The position numbers and the translations under genes were made by a program. From the NCBI GenBank assembly GCA_046155895.1, contig JBJXFB010000080.1, positions 23,350 through 87,349 on the forward strand: a DNA stretch of 64,000 nt. Direction: 5' to 3'. Below are positions 24,742 through 36,890 of the stretch, piece after piece. Numbering within the stretch: the first letter of the stretch is position 1; each line of letters opens with the position of its first letter. The notes beneath the pieces are model-generated. The model was not told the origin of the DNA. It saw nothing but the letters and a program-made list of their open reading frames with translations, and searched no databases. Origin of the DNA: Planctomycetota bacterium (GTDB lineage Bacteria > Planctomycetota > UBA1135 > GCA-002686595).

Positions 24742-26528
24742 GGCGACCAGAGCACCCGCCCGGTCTGCGTGTTGTTGAAATTGCTCGTCGGGGGGCAGCC
24801 CCCCAGCGCCACGTTGTCGCGATAGAACACGAAGTACCAACGGGACTGGGCAACCTGGATGGTGTCTCCGAGGGCGGCCGAGCGGACCGAAACGGGCTGA
24901 TCGCCGGCGACGAAATCCGGAGCGGTGATTCTGCCCCCCGACGCACTCTTCGCGTACAGGCGCTTGAACGTGCCCGAAGTGCAGCGCACACCCATTCCGA
25001 AGGCGATTCCCGAAAGGCCCCCGCCCGTCCACTGACTCACGATGCTGAGGGCCGTCGGGCGCTGTCCGCTCGTCGTGAAGACGAGCGAGTCCGAGGAAAG
25101 GTACGTCCCGCCCGAGGCGGAAAGGACGGCGCCGCCCGTCGACGAGGAGTTGTCGCAGCCCCGGCCGGGTCCGCTCGGCGGATTCCCGCACGGACATGGG
25201 ATCACTCCGCCCGCGCCCGGGTCGCAGAGGCTCTCGAAGTTCGTTCCCCCGAACCGGTCGACCACAAAGACATCGTCGTGTCCATTCCAGTCGCCGTACA
25301 CCAGGTTGCCGTAACCGCTCGTGATGCCCACGAATCGTCCATCTCGGGTGATCGTCGACGTCGTGCAGTCCCAACCCGGCGGCGGGACACCGAGAGGCAC
25401 GGTCACGAGCTCCGTGGTGCCGCTCAGGCGGTCGCGGAGGTAGACGTTGGCCCCGATGAGCGCCCCGGGAACGAGGTTCGTCGCGTAGCTGGCGAAGGCC
25501 ACATAGCGACCGTCCCCGGAGATCTGGGCAGCGCTGCTGTAGTAGTCCCCCTCCACCCCGCCCCCACCGATGCTCACCCGTTCGGTCGTGTCGGTCTGGA
25601 GGTCGCGGACGAAGACGTCCACGGCTGCGTTCGTGTCGCCGGGGACGAGGTTCGTGGCGGTGCTCGTGAACGCCACATGACGGCCGTCGGCGGAGAACCC
25701 GAGGCCCCAGTACCCCGACTCGAGATTGGCCTCAACGCCGTTCGAGTCCACGCTCGCTCGCTCGGTCGTCCCGAGTTGCATGTCGCGGACGAAGATGTCG
25801 AAGGTGCCGTTCGTGTCGCCGGGCACCAGGTTGCTCGCCGAGCTGTAGAACGCCACGAATCGGCCGTCGTCGGAGAGGTAGGGGCGCCTGCACTGCGCAT
25901 TCGCCTCCTCTCCCGTGGAACTCACGCTTACCCGCACCGTCGTTCCGAGCTGGCGATCGCGGAGGAAGATGTCGAACGTGTCGTTCGTGTCCGCGGGAAC
26001 GAGGTTGTCCGCGAAGCTGCTGAACACGACCCAGCGCCCGTCGGCGGAGATGGAACCACCCGAGCACGAGCCCTCGCCTCCCACCTCGTTCGAATCGACG
26101 CTGATCTGCTCGGTGGTCGAGAGCTGCCGGTCCCGGAGAAAGATGTCGGTGTTGGAGCCGCTGGCGTCTGTGGGAGCGAGATTCGATGCCGCGCTCTCAA
26201 ACGTCACGAACCGGCCATCGGCGGAGATCCTCGGCGAGTAGCTCCCCCCGTTGCCGGGGACTCCATTGGTGTTTTGGCTGACGTACTCCGTGGTGCCGTT
26301 CACCCGGTCGCGAACATAGATGTGGTTGCCCACGAGCCCGGGAATGAAGTTGGTCGCCTTGCTCTGGAACGCAACGAATCGGCCGTCCACGGAGAGTCGA
26401 GCACCGACGCTCCCGTGGTTCCCCTGCAGTCCGGCCGTAGAAAGGCTCACCCGCTGCGTCACCTGCGCCCACGCCGTGCTTCCCAGGACTAGCGCCGGAA
26501 CCAGTACTCCAGATCGCAGGCGGCTCAT
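24738..26528 (-). CDS. secreted 7-bladed PD40/TolB-like beta-propeller protein with a Cys-rich C-terminal domain
   Basis: Signal peptide LVPALVLGSTAWAQ. Seven ~47-aa repeats centred on DGR[FWHY]V[AVTG]F.S.A.NLVPGDTN...D[IV]F[VL]RD. C-terminal ~185 aa begin CDPGAGGVIPCPCGNPPSGPGRGCDNSSSTGGA and end WYFVFYRDNVALGGC. Confidence 0.75.
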   Translation of the reverse strand: MSRLRSGVLVPALVLGSTAWAQVTQRVSLSTAGLQGNHGSVGARLSVDGRFVAFQSKATNFIPGLVGNHIYVRDRVNGTTEYVSQNTNGVPGNGGSYSPRISADGRFVTFESAASNLAPTDASGSNTDIFLRDRQLSTTEQISVDSNEVGGEGSCSGGSISADGRWVVFSSFADNLVPADTNDTFDIFLRDRQLGTTVRVSVSSTGEEANAQCRRPYLSDDGRFVAFYSSASNLVPGDTNGTFDIFVRDMQLGTTERASVDSNGVEANLESGYWGLGFSADGRHVAFTSTATNLVPGDTNAAVDVFVRDLQTDTTERVSIGGGGVEGDYYSSAAQISGDGRYVAFASYATNLVPGALIGANVYLRDRLSGTTELVTVPLGVPPPGWDCTTSTITRDGRFVGITSGYGNLVYGDWNGHDDVFVVDRFGGTNFESLCDPGAGGVIPCPCGNPPSGPGRGCDNSSSTGGAVLSASGGTYLSSDSLVFTTSGQRPTALSIVSQWTGGGLSGIAFGMGVRCTSGTFKRLYAKSASGGRITAPDFVAGDQPVSVRSAALGDTIQVAQSRWYFVFYRDNVALGGCPPTSNFNNTQTGRVLWSP

Positions 26529-26570
26529 GTTCGCTGTCTCCTCAGTGAGGGTGGCTTGCCAAGCCCTATC

Positions 26571-27209
26571 CTAGCGGCCGATCTCGGTTCTCGCGCCGGC
26601 TGCCTGCAGGTGCTCGCGGTACCAGCCGACCCCCTCGCTGGCGCGTCCGGGGAGAGACCGGGTGCCCCAGACCACGGAAAGGGTTCGACGCGTCCCGGCG
26701 TGCGTTTTCGTGCGCTGCGAGTCCTTCACCGCGTTCGCGCACGGGCCCTCGGCGTCGAAGAGGCACAAGAGCCCCTCGAGATCAATCGTCTGCCCCGTCC
26801 GGTTGAACACGTAGCTCGCGCCCGCAGACGCGATTCCGATCCGGAACGGCTCGCGCGCGAGAACGAGGTCGACCACGCTGATCGGCAGCCCCGAATGCAG
26901 CGACACCGCGTTGCACGCGTCGACCGCGAGATTGATCGGCTCGAGCGTCCCCGCGGCCGCCGCGCCGATCAGGTACTCGCTCGCGGGCTTTCCGCGGCCC
27001 GTCGGCTTGTATCCGCCGTGCCGCAGCAGGTCGCGCACGGCCTTCCGCACGGCATCGTCGCTCGTCATCGGCGCCGGCGCTCCGGCCCGCAGCAGCGCGA
27101 GACACTCCGGAGGCGTCACCATCTCCCTTAGCGTTCGGGGAAACTCTGTGACGAACACGCCTGCCTCGAGCGTCGGGTGGTCGTCGATCGTGATCGGCGG
27201 GAGCTTCAT
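26571..27209 (-). CDS. B3/B4 domain-containing protein (PheT B3/4-like tRNA-binding fold)
   Basis: VRDLLRHGGYKPTGRGKPASEYL...INLAVDACNAVSLHSGLPISVVDL...IGIASAG.YVFN..GQ.IDL.GL is the standalone B3_4 family pattern. Confidence 0.7.
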   Translation of the reverse strand: MKLPPITIDDHPTLEAGVFVTEFPRTLREMVTPPECLALLRAGAPAPMTSDDAVRKAVRDLLRHGGYKPTGRGKPASEYLIGAAAAGTLEPINLAVDACNAVSLHSGLPISVVDLVLAREPFRIGIASAGASYVFNRTGQTIDLEGLLCLFDAEGPCANAVKDSQRTKTHAGTRRTLSVVWGTRSLPGRASEGVGWYREHLQAAGARTEIGR

Positions 27210-27259
27210 CGGCTACACTCGGCGTCGAATCGCCGCAGGCACATCGTACGGAGGAAGCC

Positions 27260-28117
27260 ATGATCACCGCACTCGTCTCTCTCGCTCTCTTGTTCGCCGC
27301 CCCGCTCCAGGAGAAGGCCGCGCAGGACAAGGCGCCGCAGGAGAAGAAGCCGGCCGGAGAGATCACGGAGGAGGAGTTCAAGAAGCTCCACGAGCTCAAG
27401 CAGGAGGCCGCGCCGCCGTCGAAGGGCACGATGGTCGAGATCGCGAAATCGAAGGCCTACCTCTCGCTCCCTGAAGGCGCGAAGGCCCCGATGCCCGCCG
27501 TCGTCGTCATCCACGAGTGGTGGGGACTCAACGACCACGTCAAGCACTGGGCGGACCGCCTCGCGGCCGACGGCTACGCCGCCGTCGCCGTCGACCTCTA
27601 CGGCGGCACGGTCGCGACAACGCCCGACGAGGCGAACGCGGAGATGAAGAAGGTCGACCCGGCGCGCTCGAAGGAGATCCTGCTCGCTGCCCTCGCGTTC
27701 CTGAAGGACGATCCGCGCGTCCAGGCGACGAAGCGCGGCTCGATCGGCTGGTGCTTCGGCGGCAAGATGTCGCTCCAGCTCGCGCTCGCGGCGCCGGATC
27801 TCGACGCGGCGGTGATGTACTACGGCCATCCCGAGCTGGATCCCATGAAGCTCGAACCCATGATGGCGCCGCTGCTCGGCATCTTCGGCACGAAGGACTC
27901 GAGCATTCCTCCGAAGATGGTGGAGAAGTTCCAGAACGCGCTCACGGAGGCGAAGAAGGAGCACACGATCTTCTCGTACGAAGCCCAGCACGCCTTCGCC
28001 AACCCGAGCAATCCGAAGTACGACGAGGAGAACGCGGGCAAGGCTTGGATCGAGGTGCGGAAGTTCCTCGAGAAGCACCTCAAGGCACCAGCGGAGGCCA
28101 GGGTCGAGCCGAAGTAG
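27260..28117 (+). CDS. dienelactone hydrolase family protein (secreted)
   Basis: Signal peptide MITALVSLALLFAAPLQ. PAVVVIHEWWGLNDHVKHWADRLAADGYAAVAVDLYGG...IGWCFGG (nucleophile elbow)...AQHAFANP. Confidence 0.85.
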   Translation: MITALVSLALLFAAPLQEKAAQDKAPQEKKPAGEITEEEFKKLHELKQEAAPPSKGTMVEIAKSKAYLSLPEGAKAPMPAVVVIHEWWGLNDHVKHWADRLAADGYAAVAVDLYGGTVATTPDEANAEMKKVDPARSKEILLAALAFLKDDPRVQATKRGSIGWCFGGKMSLQLALAAPDLDAAVMYYGHPELDPMKLEPMMAPLLGIFGTKDSSIPPKMVEKFQNALTEAKKEHTIFSYEAQHAFANPSNPKYDEENAGKAWIEVRKFLEKHLKAPAEARVEPK

Positions 28118-28135
28118 CTCGACTTCGTCGGCGAC

Positions 28136-28888
28136 CTACTCGATGCGCTTCGGGTTCCAGACGACGACGTCCTGCCTGCGCGCGAAGTGCAACAGCGGCG
28201 GCTCGCCGGGGAGCTCGAACCCGTGCGCGCGGGCCATCGTGTTGCGCTCGAACGCCGCGGCGGCGGACTGGAGCGGCCACGGCGGATGGTGGATGTCGGC
28301 GCGCCACGTTCGGCCGTCGGGCCGAGCCGCGTAGAGGCAGTAACGCTCGGTCAGCCAGTGATCGAGGGTCCCTGAACGGGCTCGGAAGACGTCTCCAGTA
28401 GGACGGTAGGAGCCCGTGAGCTCGGCGGAGGGAGCGCCGGAGTGCGTCCGAACGCTGGAGTAGCGGATGCCGTCGGGGTCAGAGGCCTCACGCTCGCACG
28501 ACATCCGCGCGCGGTAGTACCGCAAGTTGAACCACGCGCGCGCGATCGCGACGGCGAGCGAATTGTGCGCGTCGAGCGAGAAGAAGTAGACGCCCGGCTT
28601 CCCCTCGCGCGTCACGTACGTCCGCACGTTGAGCTCCGGGAACGCCGAGAGCCCCGGCACCGGCGGCATCCAGCGCGGACGGACGCCGCTCATCCGGAAC
28701 GGAACGATCCCGAGCCACGCCCGATCCTCGAACAGGTCGAGCTCGAGCTGCTCTGGCACCGCCGCACGCATCGCCGCGACCGGAATCCGCCAGTGCGCGA
28801 ACAGCAGATCGTGCCAGACCTGCGTCATCGTCCAGGGCGCGCGAGGCAGCGGCCACGGCCGGTGCGCGATGTCCGTCAAGTCGCTCAT
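28136..28888 (-). CDS. DUF2071 (YqjF-like) domain-containing protein
   Basis: ATG 28888 (MSDLTDIAHRPWPLP). W.MTQVWHDLLFAHW......LELDLFEDRAWLGIVPFRMSGVRPR...ELNVRTYV...GKPGVYFFSLDA is the DUF2071 pattern. Confidence 0.8.
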   Translation of the reverse strand: MSDLTDIAHRPWPLPRAPWTMTQVWHDLLFAHWRIPVAAMRAAVPEQLELDLFEDRAWLGIVPFRMSGVRPRWMPPVPGLSAFPELNVRTYVTREGKPGVYFFSLDAHNSLAVAIARAWFNLRYYRARMSCEREASDPDGIRYSSVRTHSGAPSAELTGSYRPTGDVFRARSGTLDHWLTERYCLYAARPDGRTWRADIHHPPWPLQSAAAAFERNTMARAHGFELPGEPPLLHFARRQDVVVWNPKRIE

Positions 28889-30260
28889 GGTCCCGCTCGA
28901 AGCGGCTGCTAGCCTGACGCCCGTGCTACGCGTCGTCGCCAAGAATCCCCAGCTCGCGCGCCTCTGGCTCGCCCAGTTCGTCAGCCAGACCGGCGACTGG
29001 CTCAACCGCGTCGCGAGCCTCGTCCTGATCGGCAACCTCGGAGGAACGGGTCCCGTCCTCGGCGTCGGAGCGCTTTTCGGAGCGGAATTGGCGCTGCGCC
29101 TGCTCCCCTCCGCGGCGCTCGGGCCGCTCGCGGGCCCCGTCGCCGACCGTCTGCCGCGGCGCATGCTGATGGTCGTCGCGGACCTCTCGCGCGCGGTCAT
29201 CGTCCTCGGGTTCCTGCTCGTGCGCGAGCCCGCGCACCTGCCGCTTCTCTACGTCCTCATCGTCCTCCAGATGGCGATCGGCATCTTCTTCGACGCCGCC
29301 CGGACCGCCGCGCTGCCCGACACGGTCGCGAAGGACGACCTCCACGACGCCTACGCGCTCTCCGCGATGACGTGGAGCATCACGCTCTGCTTCGGCGCGC
29401 TCGCCGGAGGCTGGCTCGTGCAGTGGGTCGGCGTCGGAGGAGCCTTCGTCATCGACGCCGCGACCTACGTCGTGAGCGCCGTGTTCCTGATCGGCGTGCG
29501 CCTGCCGCCCGTTCCCAAGCAGGAGCAGCCATTCCGCTGGCGTGATATCGTGCTGATGACCGACCTCAAGCGCGGCCTCACGCACGTGCGCTCGCTCGGA
29601 ATCGCGCCGATCCTGTGGACGAAGACCTACTGGGGCGCGGCAGGCGGGTACCTCGTGCTGCTCTCGCTCGCGGGCCGCGACCGCTTCGGCGAGGTCCCGG
29701 AAGCGACGAGCTCCGCTTCCGAGTTGGCCGCAGCGGCCGGGGCGACGGCCGTCGCCACCGGGGCGCTCTACACCGCGCGCGGAGTCGGCACGGGCCTCGG
29801 GCCGCTCGTCGCGAACTTCGTGTTCGGGAAGAGCGACGCCGCCCTGCGGCGCCAGATCAGCGCGGGTTTCGTCGTCGCCGCGGTCGGGTACGCCCTCTTC
29901 GGATTCACGACGAGCCTCTGGGCTGCTTGCGTCTTCGTCGCGGTCGCGCACGTCGGAGGGTGCGCCCTGTGGGTCGCGTCGACGGTCTTGTGGCAGAAGC
30001 GCGTCGAGCCAGCCTACCGCGGACGAGTCTTCGCGCTCGAGTTCCTGGCCCTGGACATCTCCTTCGCTCTCGGCGGCCTCGTCGCCGGGGCGATCTACGA
30101 CGCGACCGAATCGCTGGCGCAGACCGCCTGGATCGTCTCCGGGATGGTGCTGGCGCTCGGGATGGCCTGGACCTGGTCCTCCCGCGGGGTTCTCGCCCCC
30201 GGACCCGGCGCCGAGGTTTTCCCGACCGCGAAGCCGCTGGTCGAGGAGGACGACGGATGA
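28887..30260 (+). CDS. MFS transporter
   Basis: Twelve predicted TM segments, including LARLWLAQFVSQTGDWLNRVA and GPLAGPVADRLPRRMLMV (MFS motif A-like). Start is uncertain (28869 or 28887); it abuts the divergent DUF2071 start (CATG). Confidence 0.75.
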   Translation: MVPLEAAASLTPVLRVVAKNPQLARLWLAQFVSQTGDWLNRVASLVLIGNLGGTGPVLGVGALFGAELALRLLPSAALGPLAGPVADRLPRRMLMVVADLSRAVIVLGFLLVREPAHLPLLYVLIVLQMAIGIFFDAARTAALPDTVAKDDLHDAYALSAMTWSITLCFGALAGGWLVQWVGVGGAFVIDAATYVVSAVFLIGVRLPPVPKQEQPFRWRDIVLMTDLKRGLTHVRSLGIAPILWTKTYWGAAGGYLVLLSLAGRDRFGEVPEATSSASELAAAAGATAVATGALYTARGVGTGLGPLVANFVFGKSDAALRRQISAGFVVAAVGYALFGFTTSLWAACVFVAVAHVGGCALWVASTVLWQKRVEPAYRGRVFALEFLALDISFALGGLVAGAIYDATESLAQTAWIVSGMVLALGMAWTWSSRGVLAPGPGAEVFPTAKPLVEEDDG

Positions 30261-30305
30261 CTCTCCGATGGTAGATTCCCGCGCTCTCCCACCGCCGGAT
30301 CCCGC

Positions 30306-32533
<2,228 letters not shown>

Positions 32534-32537
<4 letters not shown>

Positions 32538-33535
32538 AGCGCGTCGCGATCCTCTGCCCCGGCCGCGGCTCGTACACCGAGAAGTCGCTCGGATCTCTGC
32601 CCCGCGATCACGCGTGGGTGCGGCGCGCCGACGAGCTGCGCGCGGAGCGCGGGCTGTCGTCGCTCGCCGAGCTCGACGGCGCCAGGAAGTTCGAGCCCGA
32701 GCGCCACCTCGCCCCCGCGGACGTCTCGCCGATGATCTGGCTGGTCTCGATGCTCGACGCGGCGGCCGCGGCGCCGGAGTACCGCGTCGTGTGCGTCGCC
32801 GGGAACTCGATGGGCTGGTACACGGCGCTCTCGGTAGCGGGCGCCCTCGACTTCGACGATGGGTTCCGCCTCGTGCAGGAGATGTCGATGCTGCAGCACA
32901 AGCAGCAGAAGTCCGAAGGCGGCGGGCAGATCATCTTTCCCGTGATCGACGAGAGCTGGAGAGGCGACTCGAAGCTCGAAACGGCCGTCGAGGAAGCGCT
33001 CGTGAGCTCGAACGGCGAAGCGATGTCCTCGATCCGCCTCGGCGGCTACGCCGTGCTCGCCGGGACCGAGGCCGGGATCGCGCACCTGATGAAGTCGCTC
33101 CCGCGCGTGAAGCTCGGACAGAACCTGTACCCCTTCCGCCTGATGCAGCACGGCGCCTACCACACGCCGCTCGTCGAGGGAGTCGCCGAGGAAGCGCGGC
33201 GGCGCCTCGCCGATCTCCGTTTCACCGCGCCGAAGGTGACGCTCGTCGACGGCCGCGGCGGCCGATTCACGCCCTGGTCGACGGATCCGGCGGAGCTCGC
33301 GGCGTACACGCTCGGGCAACAGGTCTCGTCGCCCTTCGACTTCACCTCGAGCGTGCGCGTCGCCTTGCGCGAGCACGCGCCCGACCGCCTCGTGTGTCCT
33401 GGCCCCGGCAATTCGCTCGGCGGCGTGTGCGGCCAAATCCTCGTCGAGGAGGGTTGGCGCGGGATCCGTTCGCGCGAGGACTTCGACCGCGTCCAGGCAA
33501 GCGAGGAGCCGATCCTCGTCTCGATGCGGCGCTAG
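32534..33535 (+). CDS. FabD-like (malonyl-CoA:ACP transacylase superfamily) acyltransferase
   Basis: The ATG overlaps the E1 stop (ATGA). ILCPGRGSY, nucleophile elbow VAGNSMGWYTAL, His motif HGAYHTPL. Overall length and order match the MCAT fold. Confidence 0.65.
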
Positions 33536-34395
33536 ACGAGCCGCGGCGGATCCTGCGGGGCCCTGGCTTCCAGCTTCGGCGGCGCGAGAAGACGCTGCCG
33601 AGCCGCCGCGGCGGCCGCGTCGAGGTCGGCGTACGCGCGTCGGACTTCCTCCAGCCCGTGCGCGCGCTCCAGGCGCCGGACGATGAAGTGCCCGGTCGCC
33701 ATGTCCTGGAAGTGACTGACGAAGATCGCGTTGATCGTCGCGCCGCCGACGGCGCCGACGACGGGCACGGCCTGGGCCGCGAGCTTCTCCGAGACCGCGA
33801 CGCTGAAGCGCGAGGCGATCTGCGCGACGAGCCGCACGAGGACGGGCGCTCCTTCCTCGACGATCCCCTTCTTCGCGATGAACTCGGCGGCTTCCGCGAC
33901 GGCGAACGTCAGCGCGCTGCGCACCGCGAAGTATCCCGTCTCGGCCGCGTCGTCGCCCTTTCCGCGGCCGCCGAAGGCGAAGACCTCGATGCACGCCAGG
34001 CGCGATTCCGGGCGCGAGAGATCCTCGCCCTCGCTCCGCGCGATGTCCGCTACCGAGCGGAGGATGATCGTTGTCGAGACGGGGAGCTCGATCGCGAGCG
34101 CGGGCAGCCCGAAGAAGCCTCCGGCGGCGCCGCTTCCGACCGCGAGGATCTTGTGCGAGAAGCGCGAGGCCTTTCTGGGCTTCTTCCGCATCGTCGCGGT
34201 GGCGACCCGCAGCGCGGCGCGCAGCGACTTCGTCGTCGCGTCATTCACGAGCGCCGAGGCGCGCTTCGGCAGGAGCGCCATCCCCTTCTCGACCGGCGTC
34301 CCGATCAGGTTCGTGAGCTTGATGGCAATGCCGGGATGCTCGAGGAGCTGCTGCGCCCGGCGCAGGTCCTCGATCTCGGCGACGGAGAGCGGCAT
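33532..34395 (-). CDS. EcsC family protein
   Basis: ATG 34395 (MPLSVAEIEDL..). GGFFGLPALAIELPVSTTIILRSVADIARSEGEDL...AVGGATINAIFVSHFQDMA. Matches the EcsC pattern. Confidence 0.75.
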   Translation of the reverse strand: MPLSVAEIEDLRRAQQLLEHPGIAIKLTNLIGTPVEKGMALLPKRASALVNDATTKSLRAALRVATATMRKKPRKASRFSHKILAVGSGAAGGFFGLPALAIELPVSTTIILRSVADIARSEGEDLSRPESRLACIEVFAFGGRGKGDDAAETGYFAVRSALTFAVAEAAEFIAKKGIVEEGAPVLVRLVAQIASRFSVAVSEKLAAQAVPVVGAVGGATINAIFVSHFQDMATGHFIVRRLERAHGLEEVRRAYADLDAAAAAARQRLLAPPKLEARAPQDPPRLV

Positions 34396-34427
34396 CGGAG
34401 GTCCTTCGGCCCGAGCATACGCGGCCG

Positions 34428-35663
34428 CTAGAGGCGGATCGACCGCGCTCCGTCGGAAGGCTCGGCTACGAAGAGCGCATCCCGTGCGAACGGATCGATC
34501 CCGCGGGACCCGTAGAACGCGCCCCGGAGACCCGTCAGGAACCCCGCGAGACTCTCTGCGCGCGTCAAGAGGACTGCGCAACCGCCGAAGCCGGCGCCGG
34601 TGAGGCGGGCCCCCGCCGCTCCGTGCTCGCGCGCGGCCGCCACGAGCTCGTCGAGCTCGGGACAACTGACCTCGTAGTCGTCGCGCAGGCTCGCGTGGGA
34701 CGCGTCGAGGAGCCGCCCGAAGGACTCGAGGCTGCCCGAGCGCATCGCCGCGACGGCTTTCGCGACACGGAGCCCTTCGCCGACGACGTGGCGGAAGCGC
34801 CGATCGAGCGGATCGGGCAGCGTCCTGGCGAGATCCAGCAGCTCCCCCTCGGGAAGATCGGCGATCAGCGAACGATACGGCCGTCGCTTCGCCAGGATCT
34901 CGAGAGCCCGCCTGGTTTCCAGGACGCGGGCGTTGTAGCCGGCTTGGGCTTCGCCCGTCTTCTTCGCCTCGACCAGCGAGTTGGCGATCACGAACCGCCA
35001 ATCGGACGGGACGGGCACGGGATCGAGGCGGATCGGATCGAAATCGATCGCCACCGCGTGTCCCGCGCGGCCACCGAGCGAGATGGCCTGGTCCATGCCT
35101 CCGCTGTGCGTGCCGACGTAGCGCTCCGCGCGAGCGGTGAGTTCCATGAGCTCCTTCAGGTCGATCTCGATCTCGTTCGCGGCGAGCAGCGCGAGCGCGG
35201 ACGCGACCACGAGTGCCGACGAGGATGCCAGTCCCGCCGCGGCGGGGATGTCTCCCGAGACGAACCCGTCGAAGCCGCGAACGAGCGGCTCACGCCGATG
35301 CAGAGCCTGCGCCGCCGCCTTGGCGTAGTTGATCCACGACCCAGCCGGAGACGGATCGATCGCGCCGGAGATCTCGAACTGCGCAGCCTCGAAGCGCGGA
35401 TCCGGGTTGGCGAGGCACACCCGAGTATCGTCGCGCGGGCGCAGCTCGATCCGGACGGACCGCTGGATCGCCATGGGGAACACGGGCAGCCCGTTGTAGT
35501 CCGTGTGCTCGCCGATCAGGTTCACACGGCCCGGAGCGCGGACGGAATGCGTCGGGGAGGAGGTCGGCACGTCGGGAGGCCATGCTACCTGGGCGCTCCC
35601 CGGCCTCCGTGAGTACCATGGGCGCCGCCCGCCGTCTGAATCGTTCGGCGGTTCCGCTCCCAA
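34428..35663 (-). CDS. galK: galactokinase (GHMP kinase family)
   Basis: RAPGRVNLIGEHTDYNGLPVFPMAI, the GHMP motif PAAAGLASSSALVVA, and C-terminal GARLTGAGFGGCAVLL. Start is uncertain (TTG 35663 or an internal GTG near 35588). No galT or galE nearby. Confidence 0.85.
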   Translation of the reverse strand: MGAEPPNDSDGGRRPWYSRRPGSAQVAWPPDVPTSSPTHSVRAPGRVNLIGEHTDYNGLPVFPMAIQRSVRIELRPRDDTRVCLANPDPRFEAAQFEISGAIDPSPAGSWINYAKAAAQALHRREPLVRGFDGFVSGDIPAAAGLASSSALVVASALALLAANEIEIDLKELMELTARAERYVGTHSGGMDQAISLGGRAGHAVAIDFDPIRLDPVPVPSDWRFVIANSLVEAKKTGEAQAGYNARVLETRRALEILAKRRPYRSLIADLPEGELLDLARTLPDPLDRRFRHVVGEGLRVAKAVAAMRSGSLESFGRLLDASHASLRDDYEVSCPELDELVAAAREHGAAGARLTGAGFGGCAVLLTRAESLAGFLTGLRGAFYGSRGIDPFARDALFVAEPSDGARSIRL

Positions 35664-35695
35664 CCACAGACTCCATTCCTTCCCGCAGGAACTCC

Positions 35696-36310
35696 ATGAA
35701 TACCGCCCTGAAGCTGTCTCTCGCCGCCGTCGCGCTCGTCGGAGGAACCGTTCTCGTCACCGCAGCCGCTCTCCGCCCTCAGGACAAGGGCGAGGGAGCG
35801 CCGCCGGACATGGATCCCGCGATGATGATGAAGATGATGGAGCTCGCGACGCCCGGCGAGCCCCACAAGGAGCTCGCGAAGCTGGTCGGCACTTGGGAGA
35901 TCGATTACAAGATGCGCTGGGGACCCGACATGCCCTGGATGGACACGAAGGGCACGGGCGAAGTGAAGCCTCTCCTCGGCGGACGCTACGTGATGGAGAC
36001 GGTCCAGTTCGAGGTGATGGGCATGCCGATGGAGGGCCTGCACATCCTCGGGTACGACAACATGAAGAAGGAGTACATCTCCCTCTGGGCCGATTCGATG
36101 AGCACGTGGTGGGTCACCTCGCGCGGAAAGGAGAGCGCGGATGGGACGATCGAGTACAAGGGCACGATGATCGACGTCGCCGGCGAGCGGCCCTACCGGA
36201 TGGTGATCCACCCGAAGAGCGATGACCTCCACGAGGCCGAGATGTACGACACGATCCCGCCTGCCGGGGAAGTCAAGGTGATGACGATCACCTCGAAGCG
36301 GAAGAAGTAG
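35696..36310 (+). CDS. DUF1579 domain-containing secreted protein
   Basis: ATG 35696 with signal peptide MNTALKLSLAAVALVGGTVLVTAAA. HKELAKLVGTWEIDYKM......LLGGRYVMETV....GMPMEGLHILGYDNMKKEYISLWADSMST. Confidence 0.65.
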   Translation: MNTALKLSLAAVALVGGTVLVTAAALRPQDKGEGAPPDMDPAMMMKMMELATPGEPHKELAKLVGTWEIDYKMRWGPDMPWMDTKGTGEVKPLLGGRYVMETVQFEVMGMPMEGLHILGYDNMKKEYISLWADSMSTWWVTSRGKESADGTIEYKGTMIDVAGERPYRMVIHPKSDDLHEAEMYDTIPPAGEVKVMTITSKRKK

Positions 36311-36474
36311 CCGTCCGGCTGCCCAGAGCCTCGATGCGCAAGTCAGGAACTCGAGCGGACGGCCAGTGATTCCGCTCGGAGACGCCTAGACAGAGCAGCG
36401 GCCCCGGCTCGAGGGCCGGGACCGCCGCTTCGCCAACGGTTACGCGGGACGCCCATCACGCCCCGCGCTGCCTC

Positions 36475-36570
36475 TCACGGCAGGACGATGGGGATCAGCA
36501 CCCGGTCAACCGTGTGGATGCGTCCGTTGGCTGCCGGCACGTTGAGCGGCCATGTGACGCGCGGGTTCTT
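36475..36570 (-). pseudogene. possible remnant of a fasciclin (FAS1) domain C-terminus
   Basis: The minus-strand translation ...NPRVTWPLNVPAANGRIHTVDRVLIPIVLP* mirrors the C-terminal FAS1 motif of the intact neighbour ([19 protein letters not shown]). There is no credible upstream coding sequence or start. Confidence 0.35.
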
Positions 36571-36890
36571 CAACTCCGGCTCGGGTTCGCGCGAGGCGCC
36601 CCCTGGATGCGGAGCAGGCGGGGTGGTGGTTATCCCCCATCGCCTGGACGAACGGGTGCACACCCACGGAGCTTCGCAAGGCCGGGTACCGGAGCCGCCC
36701 GTGCCGCGAGGGCCTGCAGGTCGTCTACCCGATGCACCGCGAGCCAGGCATGGGAACCCCCTGGCGGGTCGGCATTCCAGCGGTTGGCGATCGATCCCAG
36801 CCTGCGGGATTCTGCTGGGCGACCTGCATCCATCGGGGCGGCAGAGGCGAAGAGCAGGCGGTCCACTGAAACCCCAAAGGAACCCTCCCC

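Noticed and set aside
36384-36430. GC-rich hairpin (CCCGGC / GCCGGG with flanking partial pairing) between the convergent DUF1579 gene and the fasciclin remnant.
   Set aside because: The stem is short (6 bp perfect) with a bulged extension and no U-tract, so it is too weak to call a terminator.
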